A stretch of 63,754 nucleotides of DNA, filler included. It is 4 parts of 4 records of this genome, joined end to end, with 100 filler letters (N's around TTAATTAATTAA, not from the genome) between each part and the next. Parts side by side here need not be neighbours in the genome. Positions count along the whole stretch, not along the records: positions 21,918 to 36,494 come from SRR20825006_135; positions 36,595 to 57,584 come from SRR20825006_136; 2 more parts are not named here. One strand, given 5' to 3'. The position numbers were made by a program, and so were the translations under genes. Under the pieces are notes generated by a model. That model did no database searches. It had not been told where the DNA came from and saw only the letters and a program-made list of their open reading frames with translations. Below are positions 32,762 to 43,122 of the stretch, piece after piece. How positions within the stretch are numbered: position 1 is the first letter of the stretch; the number at the start of each line of letters is the position of its first letter.

Positions 32762-34738
32762 ATGAACAAACCCTTAAACGTAGCTCAAAAACTTATAAAA
32801 TCACATTTACTTCAAGGGGAAATGACTCCTGGAAGCGAAATTGGAATTAAAATTGACCAAGCGTTACTTCAAGATGCAACAGGTACTTTGGTACAATTGG
32901 AATTAGAGGCAATGGGTTTAGATACTGCAAAAACCGAAGTTGCTGTTCAATATGTGGATCATAATTTATTGCAAACAGATTTTAAAAATGCAGACGATCA
33001 TCTTTTCCTACATTCTGCCGCACAAAAATTTGGACTTTGGTATAGCCGACCTGGAAATGGAGTGAGCCATCCCGTCCATATGGAGCGATTTGGAAAGCCA
33101 GGAAAAACATTGGTAGGATCAGATAGTCATACGCCTGCAGCTGGATCTTTAGGGATGCTAGCAATAGGAACAGGAGGACTGGATGTTGCAGCGGCAATTG
33201 CAGGGCAACCATATTTTGTGAAAATGCCACAAGTTATGGGAGTTAAATTAACAGGAAAACTTCCAGACTGGGTAAGTGCCAAAGATGTTATTTTGGAAAT
33301 GTTAAGACGTTATGATGTAAAGGGTGGTGTAGGAAAGATTATTGAATATTATGGTGACGGATTAAAACATTTAAGCGCAATGGACAGGCATGTTATTGCT
33401 AATATGGGAGCAGAATTGGGCGCTACTACAACTGTATTTCCTAGTGATGAAGAAACCAAGCGCTTTTTGAAATCGCAACAAAGAGAAGATGATTGGGTGG
33501 AATTAATAGCCGATGAAGGGTGTGAATATGATCTAGAGGATGAAATTATTTTAGATGAATTGATTCCGCTTATAGCTTTGCCTACCAGTCCTGGTAATGT
33601 AGTTCCGGTTAGAGAAGTAGAAGGAAAAAGTATAAGTCAGGTTGTAATTGGTTCTTCTGCAAATCCTGGATTACGCGATTTTTGGATGGCAGGGGCTATT
33701 GTAAAAGATAAATCGATAAGTCCAGATGTTTCCTTTGATATTAATCCTACTTCCAGACAAATTATCCAGAATATGATTGATAATCGTGCTTTTGCTAATT
33801 TAATAAAGGCAGGAGGAAGATTCCATCAATCGGGGTGCATGGGATGTATAGGAATGGGACAAGCGCCAGCTAGTGGAACTATTAGTTTGCGTACAATGCC
33901 GAGAAACTTCCCTGATCGTTCTGGAACCAAAGACGACCAAGTGCATCTTTGTAGTCCAGAAACCGCAGCAGCTTCAGCATTAACAGGTAAAATTACCGAT
34001 CCAAGGGATATGGAAAAGCTTTTTAATATGAAGTATCCTGAATTTGAAGCTCCAGAAATAGATATTATTAATACAGATATGTTGGTTGCTCCTCCAGAAA
34101 ACGGACAAGAATTGGCTTTAAAGAAAGGACCTAATATAAAAGCATTGCCTCATATAGAACCTTTAAATGATACTTATGAGATTCCTGTGGTTTTAAAAAT
34201 GGGAGACAATATTTCTACAGACGAAATTTTAAAAGCAGGAGCAGAAGTGCTCCCTTTTAGAAGTAATATTCCCGAAATTAGTAAATATTCTTATACGGTT
34301 ATAGATGAGACTTTTTATGACAGAGCCATGGAGGCTAAAAACCAATATGGAGGTCATATTGTAGTTGCAGGCGATAATTATGCGCAGGGGAGTAGTAGGG
34401 AACATGCTGCTATTGCACCTAAATATTTAGGGCAAATAGCTGTTGTAGCCAAAAGTTATGCCCGTATTGCATGGCAGAACTTGGTTAATTTTGGAATTCT
34501 TCCTCTTGAATTTGTAGCTACTTCAGATTATGACAAAATCCATCAAGGAGCAATGGTTTCATTTAAAAATCTGTTAGAAGACGTAAAAAATAATAATCCA
34601 ATTCGGTTGGTTGTTTCTTATGAAAATAAGGTAGAAGAAATTCTTACTAAACATTCTATGAGCGAGCGTCAAATTAATCTTATTTTAAAAGGAGGAATAA
34701 TCAACGATTTTAAACAAAAACTAGCATCAAAAAAATAA
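32762..34738 (+). CDS. Aconitate hydratase family protein (short, 658 aa)
   Basis: QDATG, DHN, GSDSHT, CMGCIG, NYAQGSSREHA motifs. Confidence 0.88.
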   Translation: MNKPLNVAQKLIKSHLLQGEMTPGSEIGIKIDQALLQDATGTLVQLELEAMGLDTAKTEVAVQYVDHNLLQTDFKNADDHLFLHSAAQKFGLWYSRPGNGVSHPVHMERFGKPGKTLVGSDSHTPAAGSLGMLAIGTGGLDVAAAIAGQPYFVKMPQVMGVKLTGKLPDWVSAKDVILEMLRRYDVKGGVGKIIEYYGDGLKHLSAMDRHVIANMGAELGATTTVFPSDEETKRFLKSQQREDDWVELIADEGCEYDLEDEIILDELIPLIALPTSPGNVVPVREVEGKSISQVVIGSSANPGLRDFWMAGAIVKDKSISPDVSFDINPTSRQIIQNMIDNRAFANLIKAGGRFHQSGCMGCIGMGQAPASGTISLRTMPRNFPDRSGTKDDQVHLCSPETAAASALTGKITDPRDMEKLFNMKYPEFEAPEIDIINTDMLVAPPENGQELALKKGPNIKALPHIEPLNDTYEIPVVLKMGDNISTDEILKAGAEVLPFRSNIPEISKYSYTVIDETFYDRAMEAKNQYGGHIVVAGDNYAQGSSREHAAIAPKYLGQIAVVAKSYARIAWQNLVNFGILPLEFVATSDYDKIHQGAMVSFKNLLEDVKNNNPIRLVVSYENKVEEILTKHSMSERQINLILKGGIINDFKQKLASKK

Positions 34739-34744
34739 AAAATT

Positions 34745-35347
34745 ATGACAGCATTAGAACAATTACATTTAGATAAAATAGCAAAAACTAACCATGAGAT
34801 TTATGCACTTTTAAAAATGCGTTGGAGTCCAAGAGTTTTTAAAGAAGATAAACTTCCGGAGAATGAAATAAAACAGCTTTTTGAAGCTGCTAGGTGGGCA
34901 CCAAGCTCTTTTAATAGGCAGCCATGGAGATTTATGTATGCTGAAAAAGGAAGCGACACCTATGATAAAATTTTAGACTGTTTAAGCGATTTTAATAAGA
35001 GTTGGGTTACCAATGCTCCTTTATTGATGATTACCGCGTACAAAGAAAATACAGAAGAGGGTGATGTAAATTTCCATGCTTTACACGATTTGGGCTTAGC
35101 CGTTGGAAATATGAGTGTGCAAGCTCAATATATGAAAATAGGAATGCATCAAATGGCTGGAATCGATTGGGAAAAAGCCCAAAAAGTATTTAAAATTCCA
35201 AAGGGATTTCATGTAGCTACTGCTATTGCTTTAGGATATTATGGAGGCGATTTTGAGAAATTAAATAGTGAACTTCTAGAAATGGAAAAAAGTGAAAGAG
35301 ACCGGATTCCTCAGGAGGATTTTGCTTTTAAAGATTCTTGGAAGTAA
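34745..35347 (+). CDS. Nitroreductase family protein
   Basis: RWSPRVF and WAPSSFNRQPWRF motifs. Confidence 0.9.
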   Translation: MTALEQLHLDKIAKTNHEIYALLKMRWSPRVFKEDKLPENEIKQLFEAARWAPSSFNRQPWRFMYAEKGSDTYDKILDCLSDFNKSWVTNAPLLMITAYKENTEEGDVNFHALHDLGLAVGNMSVQAQYMKIGMHQMAGIDWEKAQKVFKIPKGFHVATAIALGYYGGDFEKLNSELLEMEKSERDRIPQEDFAFKDSWK

Positions 35348-35355
35348 TTATTACC

Positions 35356-35398
35356 AAAAAGCAGTTATTTTGAGTAGAATCTATATAACTGCTTTTTT
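35356..35398. terminator. Probable bidirectional terminator
   Basis: AAAAAGCAGTTAT...ATAACTGCTTTTT between convergent genes. Confidence 0.7.
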
Positions 35399-35460
35399 AT
35401 TCCTTAAGGAATATTTTAAAATATCACCATTGTTAAACTTCAAGTCTATAAATTAAATTT

Positions 35461-35871
35461 TTATGGTATTTTAACGTCAGAAGAATCTGGTTTTATAAGC
35501 TTTAAGATATCTGAAAATGTATGCGCCATTACTGCTTTGTCTCCACGTATTGCAATTGGATATACTAGTGTTTCTGGATTTTTATTTAAAACTTTTAGAG
35601 CATCTGTATTGTCCAATTCAATTCCTTCCCCATAAAGATTTGTAAATGCAGGATGGTCTTTTGCAATCAATTCTGGAACAGTTTTACCTATTCTCTCCGC
35701 TATTTCTACCCATTCGGTATCTGCAATTTTTGTTTTCGTTAAATCGATTGCCAAAATTCTAGCCTCAGAAGATAGGGCATAAGCTTGGCATTCTCGTCCT
35801 AATTTAGTGCTAGGATCAAAAATAAAAGTTATTTGTCGGTCGTTTGTTGATATAATGCTCATTTTTTCCAC
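35461..35871 (-). CDS. ArsC/Spx-like protein
   Basis: Homolog of 3209-3631 (AIDL..TK..DT.W.EIAE). Confidence 0.6.
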   Translation of the reverse strand: MEKMSIISTNDRQITFIFDPSTKLGRECQAYALSSEARILAIDLTKTKIADTEWVEIAERIGKTVPELIAKDHPAFTNLYGEGIELDNTDALKVLNKNPETLVYPIAIRGDKAVMAHTFSDILKLIKPDSSDVKIP

Positions 35872-35986
35872 GTATAAATGTTTTTTAATACCTCATAGAG
35901 GATTTAATTTTCTAATGCCTGCCTTGAGGTAGGATTTAATTAATATCTATATACTTAGCGTAGAATTTTTTAGGGGATTTGCCTTA

Positions 35987-36289
35987 TTACTTAGCTTTCA
36001 TTTTTTCTTTTTTCTTTCTCAATTGTTTATCTAGATCGTCTCCAGCTTCAGCAATAGAGATTTCAAATTTTTCATGAGAAGCCTCTGCAAATAATCTCGG
36101 GCCAGGAACGCTTAATCTGATATTACAGATTTTTCCAGTTTCTTTAGAAGAAGTATTTTCAGTTTTAAAAAAAACATCAGCTCTTACAATAAAATCGTAT
36201 TTATCTGCTAATTTATTAAGCTTTTTAGTAGCTAGTTCTTCCAAACGGTTGCTAGCAGCAACATTGTCGTACTCAAAATTTATTTGCAT
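35987..36289 (-). CDS. Ribosome hibernation promoting factor (HPF/RaiA family)
   Basis: Homolog of 2904-3206. Confidence 0.8.
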   Translation of the reverse strand: MQINFEYDNVAASNRLEELATKKLNKLADKYDFIVRADVFFKTENTSSKETGKICNIRLSVPGPRLFAEASHEKFEISIAEAGDDLDKQLRKKKEKMKAK

Positions 36290-36494
36290 AGTTATAGTTA
36301 ATTAGTGTTATCAATTAAGTACTTCTTTTTCTTTATTGAAGTAACTCTCTTAAAAATACTAAAATTAACAATGCTGATGAAGTAAACCTTAGGTTTTAAT
36401 ATGAATTTATGAAATACTCTTTTATGATTTGAAGATTTGAAAATGTGGAAATGAAAAGAAGTCGGAAGTCGGGAGGCTTTATGCTTTAAGCTAT

Positions 36495-36594
36495 NNNNNN
36501 NNNNNNNNNNNNNNNNNNNNNNNNNNNNNNNNNNNNNNTTAATTAATTAANNNNNNNNNNNNNNNNNNNNNNNNNNNNNNNNNNNNNNNNNNNN
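36495..36594. other. Artificial contig linker
   Basis: N-run + TTAATTAATTAA + N-run. Confidence 0.97.
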
Positions 36595-36696
36595 TGGATC
36601 CTCGGGTCAAGCCCGAGGATGACGGTGGTGTGGAGGTGAGGCCTGGACAAACTAACGCATTTACTTGCGTCATTACCGGACTTGATCCGGTAATCT
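36595..36696. repeat. Pair of REP-like palindromic elements in inverted orientation
   Basis: 36595-36623 reverse complement GTCATCCTCGGGCTTGACCCGAGGATCCA; 36669-36696 GTCATTACCGGACTTGATCCGGTAATCT. Confidence 0.75.
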
Positions 36697-36740
36697 ATGC
36701 AGCGTTTGCGTTATTATTCTGACTTAGATCTGTGAAGGCG

Positions 36741-37469
36741 CTACCCGTCTTTGCGATACCAATGAATAAATTCTTGGTTGCCATCGCTGCCCGAAATGGG
36801 TGAGGGCACATCGCCTAGTTTTTGCCAGTTCTTTTCTGAGAGAAATTCATCTACGCGAGTACGCGCCGCATCAATTGCCAATTGGTCTTTAACAATACCG
36901 CCCTTGCCGATGGCCGCGCGGCCAACCTCGAACTGCGGCTTGATGAGCAGCAGCGCATGGGCGCCTGCGGCGCATAAGTCCAAGGCCGGGCCAATCACTT
37001 TGATCAATGAAACAAAGCTGATGTCGCTGACAAGGATGTCGATTGGGTCGGTAATCAGGTCTGCAGTGAGGGCTGTGGCGTTAGTCTGTTCTAAATTCAC
37101 GACTTGAGGGGCGGATTTAATTTCGTCAGCGAGCTGGTCTTGCCCCACATCCACCGCATAGATTTTGGCGGCCTCGCCTTCGAGCAGGACTTGCGAGAAG
37201 CCGCCTGTAGACGCGCCGAGATCGAGGCACGTTTTGCCTGCAATTTCGATCTGGCTTTCCGCTAAGCCCTTTAACAACTTGAGTGCTGCGCGTGACACAT
37301 AGTTCGCGGACGGATCATCGATTTGGATATGATCGTCATCACTGACTTTGAAACCGGGCTTTGTGATCTGTTTGCCATTTACGATGACACAGCCCCGCAC
37401 AATGGCATCTCTGGCGCGGGCCCGAGACCGCACCAGATTTTGCACATCCAAAAATTGATCGAGCCGCAT
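36741..37469 (-). CDS. tlyA: TlyA family rRNA methyltransferase
   Basis: S4 domain, YVSR, DLGASTGGF, DISFVSL, KPQFE, GNQEF. Confidence 0.93.
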   Translation of the reverse strand: MRLDQFLDVQNLVRSRARARDAIVRGCVIVNGKQITKPGFKVSDDDHIQIDDPSANYVSRAALKLLKGLAESQIEIAGKTCLDLGASTGGFSQVLLEGEAAKIYAVDVGQDQLADEIKSAPQVVNLEQTNATALTADLITDPIDILVSDISFVSLIKVIGPALDLCAAGAHALLLIKPQFEVGRAAIGKGGIVKDQLAIDAARTRVDEFLSEKNWQKLGDVPSPISGSDGNQEFIHWYRKDG

Positions 37470-38074
37470 CAGCCTTCGATTTTAAGCAGGCGCTTAAGCT
37501 TGGCCACAGCGCTTTCTTTGCCTTCACCATAGGCAATGGTGCCAGCAAATTGACCATCCTCATCCAACAGGAAGAGCGTGGCGGTGTGGTTCACCAAATA
37601 ATCGGAGCTATCTTCATCGGTTACTTTTTCTGAGAAGATGCCATATTTAGCTTTGATGGCGTCAACCTGCGCTTGGGTGCCGGTAAGGCCGATAATGTCT
37701 TCGCCAAATGAGCCCAGATAAGCGTCTAATTGTTCTGGGGTGTCGCGCTCGGGATCGACTGAGACAAACACGGTTTTGATGTCTTCGCTGTTCAAATCCA
37801 AAGCTTGCCGCCACACATTGCTTTCATAAAGCGTGGTCGGGCACACATCAGGGCAGAAGGTATAGCCGAAGAACATCATGGTCGGCTCGCCCTTCAAATC
37901 CGCTTGGGTAAAGGTTTCGCCTTTGGTGTTCACCATTTCAAAATCGCCACCAATGCGCACGCGATCTGAATCCGGCAGCGTTTGGCGATATAGGGTGAAA
38001 ACCGTTGCGGCAAGACCAACGATTAAAACAAGGGCCCAAAGGATCAGGCGCACACGTGCGAGACTCATATTCAT
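37469..38074 (-). CDS. SCO1/SenC copper chaperone
   Basis: FGYTFCPDVCP, VDPERD and YLVNH motifs. Confidence 0.93.
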   Translation of the reverse strand: MNMSLARVRLILWALVLIVGLAATVFTLYRQTLPDSDRVRIGGDFEMVNTKGETFTQADLKGEPTMMFFGYTFCPDVCPTTLYESNVWRQALDLNSEDIKTVFVSVDPERDTPEQLDAYLGSFGEDIIGLTGTQAQVDAIKAKYGIFSEKVTDEDSSDYLVNHTATLFLLDEDGQFAGTIAYGEGKESAVAKLKRLLKIEG

Positions 38075-38218
38075 TCTCCAGCTCTGCTCGGATAGGTTGA
38101 AACCTAATTCTTAAGCAAAGTAAAGGCGATGCGACCCATCGTCCTTGCTGCGATTTATTGAATCAATGTGTGAAGTGCCAGAATCAATCTCTTAGCAACA
38201 AGCGCTAGCAGATTGAAG

Positions 38219-38437
38219 CTAAAGACCTTTTTCGACCATATTTTTGATTTTTACGGCTTTTTCAAAGTGGTCGAGCTGATGTTTTTCAATCCACCACTGT
38301 GCCGCTTCCATCAAAATATCTGGCGCGTCGTTTTTGTTTTTGAAGAAGGCATAAAAGGAAATGCCAACGCCTTCGCCCTTTTGGGCAATCTTTTTGTCGC
38401 AGATTTCGATCGCCTTTTGGCGCAAAGTTTCACGCAT
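38219..38437 (-). CDS. Small conserved hypothetical protein (DUF6500-like), 72 aa
   Basis: MRETLRQKAIEICDKKI...SFYAFF...HQLDHFEKA; ATG just after the xseB stop; family name from memory. Confidence 0.6.
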   Translation of the reverse strand: MRETLRQKAIEICDKKIAQKGEGVGISFYAFFKNKNDAPDILMEAAQWWIEKHQLDHFEKAVKIKNMVEKGL

Positions 38438-38441
38438 GGGA

Positions 38442-38690
38442 TTAGCCGTCGAGCGGCTCGGTGCCCTGTGGTTGGCCATTGCCATCCAGCGTAATTTTTT
38501 CAATCCGGGCTTCGGCTTGCTTGAGCAATTTTTCGCAATGCGCTTTGAGCAATCCGCCGCGCTCGTATACTTCAATGCTTTCTTGCAAAGGGGCGCGACC
38601 AGCTTCCAACTTGCCTACAATCTGTTCCAATTCAGAAAGGGCTGTTTCAAAATCCATTGCTGCAATGTCGCTATGCTTGTTCTCGCTCAC
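38442..38690 (-). CDS. xseB: Exodeoxyribonuclease VII small subunit
   Basis: FETALSELEQIVGKLE...YERG..L..HC pattern. Confidence 0.92.
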   Translation of the reverse strand: MSENKHSDIAAMDFETALSELEQIVGKLEAGRAPLQESIEVYERGGLLKAHCEKLLKQAEARIEKITLDGNGQPQGTEPLDG

Positions 38691-39663
38691 GCCAAATTCC
38701 TTCTATCTCTTTTGTCGCATCAAACGGCGTACCCATTTCCCCATGCTCTAGCATATTGATGTGCGCCGCAACACCTTCTGCCAGTGCATTTAAATGATAT
38801 CCACCTTCTAATAGCGAGACGATTTTATTGTCGCACCGCCGATCCGCAATATCCATGATTTTGCCGGTGACCCAAGCAAAGTCTCGCGGCTCCCAGCGCA
38901 AAGAGGCAAGCGGATCGCGGCTGTCGGCATCAAAGCCAGCTGAAAGCAAAATCAGATCCGGATTAAACCGATCTAAGGCGGGCAGAATGCGGTCCATATA
39001 GGCTTCGCGCATCATCGCCCCATCGCTGCCTTCCGTTAAAGGCGCATTGCAAATATTGCCTTCACCCGTTTCACGCTTCAGCCCGGTGCCGGGAAAAAGC
39101 GGCATTTCATGACTGGAGGCATAAAACATGTTGCGGTCATTATAAAAAATGTCTTGCGTGCCATTGCCATGATGCACGTCGAAATCGACAATGGCCACGC
39201 GCTCCAACCCATAATGCTCTCGCGCCCATAGGGCGGTAATCGCGATTGTGTTGAACAGGCAAAAGCCCATTGGCCGATCATGTTCTGCATGGTGTCCCGG
39301 CGGGCGAATGGCGCAAAATCCATTTTGATGGTGGCCATTCATCACGCTTTCAACCGCGTCCAACGCGCCACCAATGCCGCTCATCACAGCTTCAAAGCTG
39401 GTGGCGGCAATGAAGGTGTCGCCGTCAATCTCAGCAATGCTTTCAACCGGGCGGCGGGATTTTACAAACTGGATATGCTCTTTTGAATGGGCCAGTTCCA
39501 CCAAACCCAAATCTGCATATTTTGCTTCACGCTTTTCAAACTCGGCAAAGCGTTCATGGGCGAACAAATGGTCAAGATAGTGCAAGCGATCAGAGCATTC
39601 GGGGTGTCCCTTCGGCATTTGATGCTGCGCGCCTTGCGGATGTTGAATGAGCAAACATGCCAT
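38671..39663 (-). CDS. Histone deacetylase family protein
   Basis: RPPGHHA, DFDVHHGNGTQ, SAGFD, LEGGY motifs. Confidence 0.93.
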   Translation of the reverse strand: MACLLIQHPQGAQHQMPKGHPECSDRLHYLDHLFAHERFAEFEKREAKYADLGLVELAHSKEHIQFVKSRRPVESIAEIDGDTFIAATSFEAVMSGIGGALDAVESVMNGHHQNGFCAIRPPGHHAEHDRPMGFCLFNTIAITALWAREHYGLERVAIVDFDVHHGNGTQDIFYNDRNMFYASSHEMPLFPGTGLKRETGEGNICNAPLTEGSDGAMMREAYMDRILPALDRFNPDLILLSAGFDADSRDPLASLRWEPRDFAWVTGKIMDIADRRCDNKIVSLLEGGYHLNALAEGVAAHINMLEHGEMGTPFDATKEIEGIWREREQA

Positions 39664-39739
39664 TTATTTGTGTCGCCTTTACTCGCATTTGCTGAACTTG
39701 ATTCTTGACCTTCAGGCAAAGCCTTGTCAAACAGCAGCC

Positions 39740-40693
39740 ATGAAAGAGCCGCGCGATAACACACAATTCGTTAAAATTGAACATGCTGCCCAAATTTTAA
39801 GGGCAGGTGATGTTGTCGCTATGCCCACCGAAACAGTTTACGGCCTTGCTGGCAATGCCCAAAGCGATGATGCGGTGGTGAAGATTTTTGAAACCAAATC
39901 GCGACCCCGCTTCAACCCGCTGATTGTGCACTGCGCAACAAGGGAAATGGTGGAAGCCATTGCGGAGTTCCCGCCTTTAGCAGATATTTTGGCAGATAAA
40001 TTCTGGCCGGGGCCACTAACCATGGTTTTGCCCAAGCGTGATGATGCGGCTCTGTCCGATCTGGTGACAGCGGGGTTGGATACGGTCGCGATCCGCATGC
40101 CAAAACATGAAATGGCGCGCGAACTAATCCGCCAGGCAGGCTTTCCGGTAGCGGCGCCCTCTGCGAACCCATCTGGCAAATTGTCACCAACAAGTGCCCA
40201 ACACGTGCTGGACGGATTTGAAGGCAGAGTGCCTGTTATTGACGGCGGCTCGGCAACAGAGGGTGTGGAATCAACAATCGTAGCGGTGCAGGATGATCAG
40301 CTGATATTGCTGCGCCCCGGCACCATTTCGCGCGAGGCGCTGACCGAGGCGACGGGACGACCTGTGCTGGACCCGCAGGATAAAACCATCAAAGCGCCGG
40401 GCATGTTGTTGTCACACTATGCGCCCAATGCGGCAGTGCGGCTGAATGCTAGCGATTGCGTGGAGGGCGAGGCGGCGTTGAACTTTGGGCAGAGCGATCT
40501 GACCAGTGCAAAGGCAACGCTGAATCTTTCTCCTGAAGGTGACTTGGCGGAAGCGGCGCGCAATCTGTTTAGCTATCTGCGAAAGCTGGACCAAACCGGT
40601 GTGCACACGATTGCGGTGGCCCCAATTCCTGAGATGGGCTTGGGCGAAGCGATCAATGACCGCTTGCGCCGCGCCGCTGCTGATCGGAACTAA
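39740..40693 (+). CDS. L-threonylcarbamoyladenylate synthase (Sua5/TsaC)
   Basis: [31 protein letters not shown]. Confidence 0.93.
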   Translation: MKEPRDNTQFVKIEHAAQILRAGDVVAMPTETVYGLAGNAQSDDAVVKIFETKSRPRFNPLIVHCATREMVEAIAEFPPLADILADKFWPGPLTMVLPKRDDAALSDLVTAGLDTVAIRMPKHEMARELIRQAGFPVAAPSANPSGKLSPTSAQHVLDGFEGRVPVIDGGSATEGVESTIVAVQDDQLILLRPGTISREALTEATGRPVLDPQDKTIKAPGMLLSHYAPNAAVRLNASDCVEGEAALNFGQSDLTSAKATLNLSPEGDLAEAARNLFSYLRKLDQTGVHTIAVAPIPEMGLGEAINDRLRRAAADRN

Positions 40694-41628
40694 CTGTCTT
40701 CCCGCGGAGTATATGGCTTCTGATCGCGCCAGAACCGCATAAGGCTTTCCAAGTCGGGGTCTTTTTTCTCGGGCAACACAATCCGCAAATTCACATAAAG
40801 ATCGCCTTCGCCAAAAAGGCCTTTGCCTTTCAGGCGAAGCGATTTTGATGTGTCCATGCCCGGCTGTACTTTGAGTTCAACGGCGCCAGAAAGCGTTGGC
40901 ACACGTACCTTGCCGCCCAACACAGCCTCATAAAGTGTGATCGGCACGTCCACGCGCAGATCATCGCCATCCTTGCGGAAATGTTTGTGCTTTTTAATTT
41001 TCACCTGCACCAACACGTCGCCGCGCTTGCCGCCCATGGGGGCCGCTTCGCCTTGACCTTTTAGCCGAACTTGCTGTCCGTCATTCAACGGGTAGGGCAG
41101 GTTCACTGAAAGAACTTTGCCGTTTGGCAAGGTCACAGGTACAGGTTCACGCGCATTGATCTCTTCCAAAGAGACATTCAGGCGCACCTTTGTATCTTCG
41201 CCTTTTGGCCGATTGCGGGCGCCCGTGGAGAAATTGCGGGCGCTGCCCATACCCATAGGGCCAGCACCGCCGCCGCGACCGCCAAAGCCGCCGAAACCAC
41301 CCATGAACTCTTTCAAAATGTCCTCAGGGTTCACGCCAGCGCTTTGCTGGCCACCGCCACCCCGACCGCCGCCAAAGCCGGAAAAATCAAATCCGGCCAT
41401 TTTGGGGTTGCCGTCCGCGTCTATTTCGCCGCGATCATATTGTTGGCGTTTTTGCTTATCTTGCAAAAAGTCATAGGCATTTGTGGCCTCGGAAAACTTT
41501 TCCTGCGCCTTCGGGTCATTCTTATTTTGGTCTGGGTGATAGGTCTTCGCCAGTTTACGATAGGCAGACTTGATCTCCTGATCGCTCGCCGAGCGCGCCA
41601 CACCCAAAACGCTATAGGGATCACGCAT
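40690..41628 (-). CDS. DnaJ-class chaperone without zinc finger (CbpA-like)
   Basis: J domain with HPD, G/F-rich linker, DnaJ C-terminal domain. Confidence 0.9.
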   Translation of the reverse strand: MRDPYSVLGVARSASDQEIKSAYRKLAKTYHPDQNKNDPKAQEKFSEATNAYDFLQDKQKRQQYDRGEIDADGNPKMAGFDFSGFGGGRGGGGQQSAGVNPEDILKEFMGGFGGFGGRGGGAGPMGMGSARNFSTGARNRPKGEDTKVRLNVSLEEINAREPVPVTLPNGKVLSVNLPYPLNDGQQVRLKGQGEAAPMGGKRGDVLVQVKIKKHKHFRKDGDDLRVDVPITLYEAVLGGKVRVPTLSGAVELKVQPGMDTSKSLRLKGKGLFGEGDLYVNLRIVLPEKKDPDLESLMRFWRDQKPYTPREDS

Positions 41629-41762
41629 AAAACGAGTCACTCCAAAAATTGGCGCGGGCAGACATATTCCACCAACGCGATTTCACATTTGTTTCATATA
41701 TGGCGATGGGGCCACGCAATGTCCAGTTTTTCAGCGGAAAAGATGGGATTTTATGCGCTTTT

Positions 41763-42227
41763 TTAGATCGGCAGTGGCCGTTGCTCTTCAATCGCTTCCA
41801 TCGCGAAATAGGAGGTGACCGAATCCAACTCCACTTTCGAGATCAAGCGCTGATACACATCGTCATAGCTGGACATATCTTGCGTGACGACTTTGAGAAA
41901 ATAGTCGTAATCCCCGCCAATACGGAAAAAGTCGATCACTTCGGGAATGGTGGACACATGCGCGCGAAACTTCTCTAACCATTCAGCAGAATGGTGGCGC
42001 GTGCGCAGCATGACAAAGACCACAAGACCAAAACCTAAATCGTCACGATCCATCAAAATCGTGGAGCCTTTGATCAGCCCAGCAGTCTTTAAATTCTGCA
42101 ATCGCCGCCAACAGGCATTTTGGCTCAAATGCACAAGCGATGCCAAATCGCGCTGCGTTAAAGACGCGTCGCGCTGCATATGGCGGAGGATAGCGCGATC
42201 ATACTGATCTAATTTTATTCCCTTCAT
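41763..42227 (-). CDS. Lrp/AsnC regulator, DecR(YbaO)-like
   Basis: AsnC HTH; HHSAEW, GDYDY and VTSYFAME resemble the DecR subfamily. Confidence 0.85.
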   Translation of the reverse strand: MKGIKLDQYDRAILRHMQRDASLTQRDLASLVHLSQNACWRRLQNLKTAGLIKGSTILMDRDDLGFGLVVFVMLRTRHHSAEWLEKFRAHVSTIPEVIDFFRIGGDYDYFLKVVTQDMSSYDDVYQRLISKVELDSVTSYFAMEAIEEQRPLPI

Positions 42228-42330
42228 GTGGTCATTTGACCAAAAAAACGACATTTGTCCAACAAAAAATGAGAAATCAACACGAAGATTTGGTGCGATA
42301 ATAGATTCTCACGTGATTATGAGGGTCAAA

Positions 42331-43122
42331 ATGTGCCGCTGGATAGCTTATTTGGGTCAACCGACCCATATGGAAGATTATCTTTATGATGGCGAGCGCG
42401 CCCTGTGCGGGCAAGCGCTGAAATCCTATGAAGCGAAATTGGGCGTGCATGGGGATGGCGGCGGCCTTGGTTGGTATGATCGCAAACCATTTCCCGGCCT
42501 TTACCGAAATGCTGGTCCGGCTTGGGGCGACCCGAATTTGCGCGAGCTGACCGCGCAGCTGGAAAGCCATTTATTCTTCGCCCATGTCCGCGCATCAACA
42601 GGCGCACCCAATATCTTTGTGAACTGTCACCCGTTCCGCTGTGACAATTGGCTGTTTATGCACAATGGCCAAATTGGTGATTTTGAACGGGTAAAACGGG
42701 TTCTGGCGCAAAAATTAGATGATGAAAGCTATCAAATGCGCCAAGGCGACACAGATAGTGAGCTGATTTTTGCGCTGCTGTGCACCAATGGCCTGAAGCG
42801 CGATCCGCTGCGCGCAATTGAAGCCACCATCGATCAAATCCTAACCCATATGCGCAAAGCCAAAATCACTGATCCATTCCGGGCCACATTTGCCTTGGCC
42901 GATGGCGAGCATATTTGGGCTGTGCGCTGGTCAAGCGATGCGCATGCGCCTTCGCTTTATCAACGTTTGCATTGTGACCATCTGTTGCTCGCATCCGAGC
43001 CATTAGATGAAGAAAAATCGAATTGGCTGGAAGTGCCTGCAAATGCGGTGGTGCATGCGGCGCGGCAAGCCAATGGCAAAATTTCTATTTCCCAATCATT
43101 TTTATTCGAGAAGGTAGCCTAA
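42331..43122 (+). CDS. Class II glutamine amidotransferase (Ntn hydrolase; EgtC/Dug3-like)
   Basis: N-terminal MCRW nucleophile Cys, AHVRAST, NCHPF, MHNG, TDSE. Confidence 0.88.
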   Translation: MCRWIAYLGQPTHMEDYLYDGERALCGQALKSYEAKLGVHGDGGGLGWYDRKPFPGLYRNAGPAWGDPNLRELTAQLESHLFFAHVRASTGAPNIFVNCHPFRCDNWLFMHNGQIGDFERVKRVLAQKLDDESYQMRQGDTDSELIFALLCTNGLKRDPLRAIEATIDQILTHMRKAKITDPFRATFALADGEHIWAVRWSSDAHAPSLYQRLHCDHLLLASEPLDEEKSNWLEVPANAVVHAARQANGKISISQSFLFEKVA

